Part shown: one piece after another, positions 34,830 to 40,277 of the stretch
How the letters are laid out: every line of letters starts with the position of its first letter
Numbering within the stretch: the stretch's first letter is position 1
Assembly: GCA_036172245.1 (NCBI GenBank)
Contig: JAYWIR010000020.1
Coordinates: 3,410,001-3,450,277, forward strand
Direction of reading: 5' to 3'
Source: Raillietiella orientalis
Taxonomy: Eukaryota
Length of the DNA: 40,277 nt
The notes under the pieces: generated by a model
What the model saw: the letters and a program-made list of their open reading frames with translations, nothing else
What the model was told of the DNA's origin: nothing
The model's database searches: none
Made by a program: the position numbers and the translations under genes

Positions 34830-35600
34830 CAGCACTCGTCCCTCATGGAACCACTCAGCGCCCTTGCTGAGAAGCAGAATGCCGATCGTTTAAAGCGTAT
34901 CCTTACGCACACTTCTCTTCATGCCTCGTACTTGCAGGTCCTGAACTTCCGAAATGGGGCGCCCCCGAATGCTGTGAGGATTCCGAAATGTTTCCACACG
35001 GTGCAAGAGCAGCTTCAGCAAAGGCGTCTCTCTCCTCGTGCACTGCTTAGAGGCTAAAGTTCCTTGGAGTCGACCGAAACTCGTGGCCCTTGATCACAAG
35101 ATGAGAAGCATTCGCACCGATAAAGAGCGGGAAAATGGAGGGACCATTGTGACGTCAGCGAGCTCTATTCGAATGCTATCTAAAAGTATCCATGAAATAA
35201 AAGTAAATAGGCGGAGCGACAACGACAATGCACAGTGCATTAACGGACACGGTTGGAGTAACAAGAGCGCAGGGAAAAGAGGGCAAGGAAACAGGAAAGC
35301 AGAACCGAAAACGAAGAGAAATATTTGCTTTCTTCGAGTGCTTTTACCCTTTTCGCAAATCATTTGGAACTATCAGTTGCCCCCCCCCTCTCTCTCTCCC
35401 CTCCCGGCGTCGTCTCCATCCATCCAAGCCGCCTCCAGACGGATGGTACGTGCACAGAAGACTCACGACACTGACTAGGTGGATGGTCCGTTCGTGCCGA
35501 AGTTGTCGCGGAACTCCCCCCCCTCACCTCCCTGCTGCGAACTCACTTTTGCAGTCCTCTGGACTCTGCGCCACCGGAACTCCATGGTTCCTATCTTGTG
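34830..35600 (+). mobile_element. Decayed LINE RT, 3' part (continuation of 33180-34052)
   Basis: SLMEPLSAL (~34840; LAMEPL), TSLHASYLQV (SLYADD-like), LEAKVPWSRPKL (~35047; SGAKVNWSKS), SIRMLSKSI (IKYLG-like), GWSNKSAGKRG. Confidence 0.55.
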
Positions 35601-35749
35601 GAAAGCTTAGCTCCCAAGCAGCCCCTTAGCCTTTTAGCATGGGAAAGTAGTCCTACCCCGGAGGCGATCCCGAGGACGGAAACCTCTTCGGGAAAGCAAA
35701 CCTCACGGTGTGCTACCCAACAAGGAATGGCACGCAGTAGACGACACAG

Positions 35750-36031
35750 ACTATCTGGAAAATCATCTTCTCCACTCCCGTCCCGCCCCCGAAGTGGCAG
35801 GATTCGTCACTTCTGTTGTTGCACTGGGGTCTTCACTACAACTTCCATCGACATTACTGGACACTAAAGAGTGTGATCCCGGACTGTGTCAGGTGCGGGG
35901 AACGAGAATTCCCCCCACACCTGTCTGTGGACTGTGTTGCCCTCGGGTCTCTGTGGGAACGTTTTGGGTCTCCTCTTCTTGAGGAACGCCCTTTTGGCCA
36001 CCGCAGTCCGGCACCTCTTTGCTGCAGGTGA
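35750..36031 (+). mobile_element. LINE zf-RVT fragment (copy A)
   Basis: Open frame TIWKIIFSTPVPPPKWQDSSLLLLHWGL...DCVRCGEREFPPHLSVDCVALGSLWERFG: a canonical CxxC..H...C zf-RVT pattern. In-frame TAG immediately upstream (35738-40). Confidence 0.8.
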
Positions 36032-36069
36032 AGTGCCCACCAGCGTGTTGGGACAGTGGCACCCTCCCC

Positions 36070-36750
36070 CTTAGGTGACAAGAAGTGGCGTTGCTGGTAT
36101 TGCATTGGGGAATCCCATGCCTCTCTCATTGGACACGGCATAGTGTGGATGTCTGTTGCGAAAGGTGCGGCGAGAAAGAGACTTTCCCGCACCTTCTGCT
36201 GGACTTTGCCGCCCTCCGACTCCCTGGGGATCATCTGTCAGCAATCCTAGAAATCCCAGAAGGCAGCCCCAGGGACATCTTTGGGGCCCTCTTCATGCGT
36301 GCCGCTTTGCCGCCAGCCGCGACGCTAGCAGTTCTCTGCTGCATCTGCGGAATCGTGGCGCCCTGGAACGCGAGAAGAGGCCAGAATGGTAGGGACGCTA
36401 TCTGCTAGGCGCGGATCTTTATAAAGAGCGCGTCGACCCACATGGGCAATGTAAGAACACAACTTGTCAGTATCCTGGACAGGATTCAGAGGACTCTCCC
36501 AGAGTATAGTGATCCCGTCCCCGCCCTCCCCTCCCCGAGAGACAATTCCGTCCCCTTTTTTTCTCTTTTTGTTTCTTTTTTTTTATGGTCTTCCCTTCCC
36601 TTTCGCCGTGGAACAACAGACCTCGCCGGTCTACAGACCGGTGACCGACAAGTTGGACTGACGTGGTGAAGCGTTTCACCACAAGACAATTTTAATGTAC
36701 TTTCATTATTTTTATAATAAATGCCCCGGCCAATTCAGGTGATAAACTTG
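36070..36750 (+). mobile_element. LINE 3' end (copy B): zf-RVT, C-terminus, 3' UTR, AATAAA
   Basis: LLVLHWGIP...CCERCGEKETFPHLLLD...PRDIFGALF...LCCICGIVAPW. T-rich UTR; AATAAA 36716-36721 followed by GCCCCGG, as in the 34053-34660 copy. Confidence 0.8.
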
Positions 36751-36759
36751 GGAGCTATA

Positions 36760-37030
36760 CAGATGGAACTTGCCGACATCTTAAAAGGATGCGGAGGACT
36801 CCCTGAAGCGGACTGTGATTCCTTTCTGGCCCTTCATATATTTTTTATTTTTATTCAAGTTTAACTTGTGTTTTTCCTTTTATTTTTTTCCTCCTGTTGC
36901 CGGAACCTCGCCGGTAAACCTCGTTGGTCCACGTACCGGCAATCCGGAGGGTTCTTTGTGTACTCGAGCACGGTCGGACTACATGTCCCACCCTATGTCG
37001 CAAGTTTCTTGTGTTTCAATAAAAGCCCGT
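36760..37030 (+). mobile_element. Very short LINE 3' end (copy C)
   Basis: ATGGAACTTGCCGACATCTT...GGACTGTGATTCC aligns with the ORF end of the minus copy (ATGGACCTTAAGGGCATCCT...GGACAGTGATCCC). Shares ACCTCGCCGGT with copy B (36620 vs 36905). AATAAA 37018-37023. Confidence 0.65.
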
Positions 37031-37074
37031 GTTACTGCCTCCTCTCGAGGTTGCAGCTCTCACTCTCTCTCTAC

Positions 37075-37990
37075 ATCTCAGGTGGAGCTGCAACTCCAGG
37101 ACGCCTTCTTTTCCCGAACCTTCCCGCAGACCCGCGGGACGGTAGCCGCCCAGGGGCACTCGGCAATTCCCAGGAAATCTCCGCCACCTGCAAACCAAAG
37201 ATGAGGGAGCGCTTGATGCACTGCGGGCTGCTCAACACGCAAGCATCCCCCCCTCCTCTCTCTCTCTCTCTCTCTCTCCCAGCATCTGCGCCCTCCGCTC
37301 CCACCAGGCTGGGTTTCTGAGCTTCCGGACCACTTTCTCTTCCTCCCTTCCTGGAAGCCTCCCGCGCAGAAAGGAAGAGCTTAAGCGAAGGATGCCTTGC
37401 TATCTGATGCGTTTCGCTTATCCCCCGATGACCAGGCGGGCGTCCCTCGACCTCTCCGAACCGACTAGAGGACACGCCGGGCTCAGATTCCTCCCGCCGA
37501 ATCGGGGAGCAGCTCGGACGGCAACGGGAAATCCTGGGCGGTCTCGGGGGCCGAAGGTCGAACGCACCCCTGGAGTTGAAGCAGTCGAAGGTTTGATTGC
37601 CGCTGATGGCGTCCGCTGTGGCGAACGGCAGACTTTCTGCCGACTTTGCTTTCGGCTGCCAAGCCTCTCAGCGCCCGACTCCGCGCGATCTCGTTCGCGG
37701 CCCTGGAAAGCCGTTCGGAATGCGGGAACGGCGGCGGCGACGACGACGAGTCCCGACTTCGTTACCCCACTTTCTTTAGAGAGCTCCTGCTCCCTTGCTT
37801 GCCGCTCCCTCTCTCGTGAGGCGCACGAAAACAGCGACGACCTTTTGACAGACGGTGCGAACGCTCTTCACCTCTGTGCGGGTAACAGGAGAGACGACCA
37901 CTCTCCCTCCAGGGAGGGCGCTTTTACTTTCCGCGGGAACCGTGCGAGCGAGGGAAAGAGATCAGGAGCGCGCGGTCAATCACGTCTCGT
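37075..37990 (-). mobile_element. Decayed L1/Tx1-type LINE fragment
   Basis: VKRSSLFSCASREG (~37805-37850; V.R..LY....EGG) and LQVAEISWELPSAPGRLPSR (~37135-37195; K..DL.W...HGRLP). Contains (CT)n at ~37255-37277. Confidence 0.4.
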
Positions 37991-38019
37991 TCTACCCGCT
38001 TGCTCCCGCTGCGCATCTC

Positions 38020-38270
38020 CTTCCCCCTTAATATGTATCAAGTGCTGTTTCCATATTTCGCCGACAGATTGCACGTCACCGGGAACTTCCGTTGCTAGGA
38101 TGACGAGAGAGAGAGAGAGAGGTTCGGGTTCGTTCTCCGCTCCTCCATCCCCAGCATCTAGCGAACCGTGTTCACATGCAGGCAGCAGGGAAGCTGATTA
38201 ATCTGCCCATGTGTTTGACGATCAAATAAAGATGCACGCCGATCCGTTATTCTCCATGCTAAAAGGACGA
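38020..38270. promoter_or_regulatory. CNE-like segment with CRE-half/ETS/RFX-like motifs
   Basis: CACGTCAC (38072), ACTTCCG (38085), GTTGCTAGG (38091), TGATTAATC (38195), ATCAAAT. Confidence 0.35.
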
Positions 38271-38589
38271 CAGTCCGTAGGCTCCCGTCGGTTGGTTGCA
38301 GCAGCAGCAGCAGCAGTGGCGGCAGCTCGCAACGCGAGCGCGTGCGGTCTCAAACCGGTTCCCGGGAAACGCTGCTGCCCCCCGGACGAGGTTTCTGTCC
38401 CGTTTATATCCCGTTTCACTCCATTATAATTTTATTCTATTTTTCGCCCTGCAGGATCGTTCCTTATGCTGATCGGGGAAAACGAGCCACCGTGGCAACA
38501 AACTTCTACTTCTGGTTTCCAGGAAACGATCGCATCGGTTTTCTTCACCTTTGATTTCAAAGGAAGAAAAGAAAAAAAAAAACACGCAC

Positions 38590-38750
38590 AAATGTCCCGC
38601 CAGGGCGAAATAATTACACGTTTTTCACGTTCACCGAGATGGCAGCGTTCGTCAAAAGCTCCTATGGGGTTGCCGAGGCGATCATTGTCATCGGTCCTTA
38701 AGAAAAGTGCCAGTTGCTAATAAGTCAATTACGGAGCTGAGCCTTCCGAC
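38590..38750. promoter_or_regulatory. CNE-like segment
   Basis: ATAATTAC, CATTGTCA, CTAATAAGTCAATTAC in lower-GC unique sequence. Confidence 0.3.
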
Positions 38751-39429
38751 CGAGATGCCTGCGAGTTTTCGCGCGACTTGGACGCGTTCTGCGGAGAGCT
38801 CCCCCCCCCCCCCCGCCCCCAATCTGTGTCGGGTGGATCCTTTCGGCGCCTCACCGAGCGGCCGGGGACACGGAAAAGTCTTCTTCGGCGGACCGACGGG
38901 GATTTTTTCTTTTTTTCTGTTTGCACGCCTGCATGCTTCTGGGCAGGCGGTGCGTGGGAGAGCTGCGTCCGGTATGAAGTTCCGGCGCTGCGCATCTCCG
39001 CGCCGATAGGCCGTTTTTTGTTTTTGCGTGCTACCTCGTGCACGAGGTAACACGTAAACAAGGCCAATTAGCACGGAGCCGTGGGTGACCGGAACACGAA
39101 TGATTCCATCCTACGGGACGGTTCGATCCGTCTGCACGAAGAAGCTCCCGCGTGCGTGACTGCGGCCGTCTACGCGCATCGCGTCCCGGCGGCCGCCAAC
39201 TGGTCCCGGTCGGAACGCAATCCGAAAATGCGCGATCCGTCGGAAATGCGATTTACCCCCCCCCCCCCCCCTATCCTTCCTTTGCGCGCGCGGGTGCGAC
39301 GGGCTTTCCCGACGGTGCGACCCGAAACAGCGCACAGGGCAACGGTGAGCGGGCAACGCCCCTGCACGCAGCGCACTCTTCTGTGTGTGCGCGAAGGCAG
39401 AAGCGTTCCTGGGCAGAATGGGCCGCCAA

Positions 39430-39780
39430 GCAGAGGAACAAAGGTGGATGGATGGTACCTCCGAATGGTGACGTCACCTCCAACAATGTGCTAAATCAAA
39501 CGGAATCGGTCGCCTAGGGAGATGGCCCCGAATGCGCACGCACGTCACATACCAAAGTCGCATTTATCTGCAAGCGGCACGAATCGGATCAGCCGATGTT
39601 TCTCTCCCACTGAAGTTGAAACTGCAGGCTCTCCATTTTATTGGGTAGCTGATTCTCTGTGCGTCGAGCGATTCCCGCTAAATGAACAATCGGGAGGAAA
39701 AAGGCATTAATCGCCCCTGATCCGTTTATCTGAGAATGGAGCAGCAAGCAACCCATGTGAAATATTTTCCTGGAGCATGC
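39430..39780. promoter_or_regulatory. CNE-like segment
   Basis: AACAAAG and AACAATG (Sox-like) flank GGTGACGTCACC (39467-39478). Also TAAATCA, TTTTATTGG, CATTAATC, TTATCT x2. Confidence 0.4.
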
Positions 39781-39789
39781 ACCGCACTG

Positions 39790-40277
39790 AAGAACGGTCG
39801 GGCACGGGAGTGCCGTTGCGAGGAAGCGCAGAGAGGTGGGGTGGGGTGGGGCGGCAAGAAGGAAGCGACGACCACCACCGCCTGCCGACGGCGGAACCCA
39901 ACCGACGGTGGCTTCGGCCGCAGTGCGGAGAGAAGAGCGGCGGCGACGACCCCGGGCGAGGCCCTGCGCGCGCCACGGGGAGGCGTCCCGCTCGTGTGCG
40001 AGCCGCGTGCCAAAAAGTCGGCACCCAGGAGTTCGGCAAAGCCCCCTCGAAGGCAGCGATGGAGGAGGCGGTGAACGCCGGGATCGTTTTCGTCACGTCC
40101 CTCGATCAACCGCATCGATCGCCCCGGACGATCTCCTGTTTCCGCGCGGAGCAGGATGCAGCGAGTCTCCGCTGGCAGTGATGCTGGTTGATTTCGAGTT
40201 AACGACGTCGTCAAGTTCGACGAAGAAGGGGGGGGGGGGGAGTCGCTTGGGGACCACCACACCGTCGAAGCTCGCCC
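39790..40277 (-). mobile_element. Decayed LINE RT fragment, runs off the window edge
   Basis: NLTTSLTRNQ...GDRPGRSM (~40115-40215; VI..DQ.GF.PGRSI) and SSIAAFEGALPNSWVPTFW (~40010-40065; SLD.EKAFD.V.W.FL). Confidence 0.5.

Noticed and set aside
38430..38554. Acceptor-like TTTTTCGCCCTGCAG|G and short downstream frame
   Set aside because: No recognisable peptide and no good donor.
1..40277. CRISPR array, prokaryotic operon, tRNA/rRNA, intact transposase or LTR element
   Set aside because: No regularly spaced repeats, gene-dense structure, cloverleaf, rRNA similarity, TIR pair or LTR pair was seen. Microsatellites and LINEs indicate eukaryotic non-coding DNA.
1..40277. Minus-strand bias of LINE relics as evidence of a plus-strand host gene
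   Set aside because: Element counts per strand are similar and too few to be informative.

Overview
Eukaryotic, probably non-mammalian vertebrate, non-coding DNA (gene desert or large intron). The species cannot be determined from the sequence. I found no intact gene, RNA gene or convincing exon. Almost all long ORFs in the track are artefacts of very GC/CpG-rich sequence. Across frameshifts, much of the window (roughly two-thirds or more by my approximate boundaries) reads as heavily decayed non-LTR retrotransposon ORF2 relics: mostly L1/Tx1 clade, one RTE-like. They are recognisable from eroded endonuclease, RT and zf-RVT motifs in the expected order, and some are nested. Between them lie AT-rich, homeodomain/Sox/Fox-motif-rich islands resembling conserved non-coding enhancers, plus many microsatellites and G/C homopolymers. 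Most notable: (i) twin hairpins with identical loops at 18712-18787; (ii) old LINE relics that are CpG-rich rather than CpG-depleted, suggesting strong GC-biased gene conversion; (iii) a stack of younger 3'-end copies of one LINE family with a structured 3' UTR at 34053-37030; (iv) a CRE (TGACGTCA) cluster inside a LINE relic. Element boundaries are approximate and come from by-eye motif recognition, not database searches.
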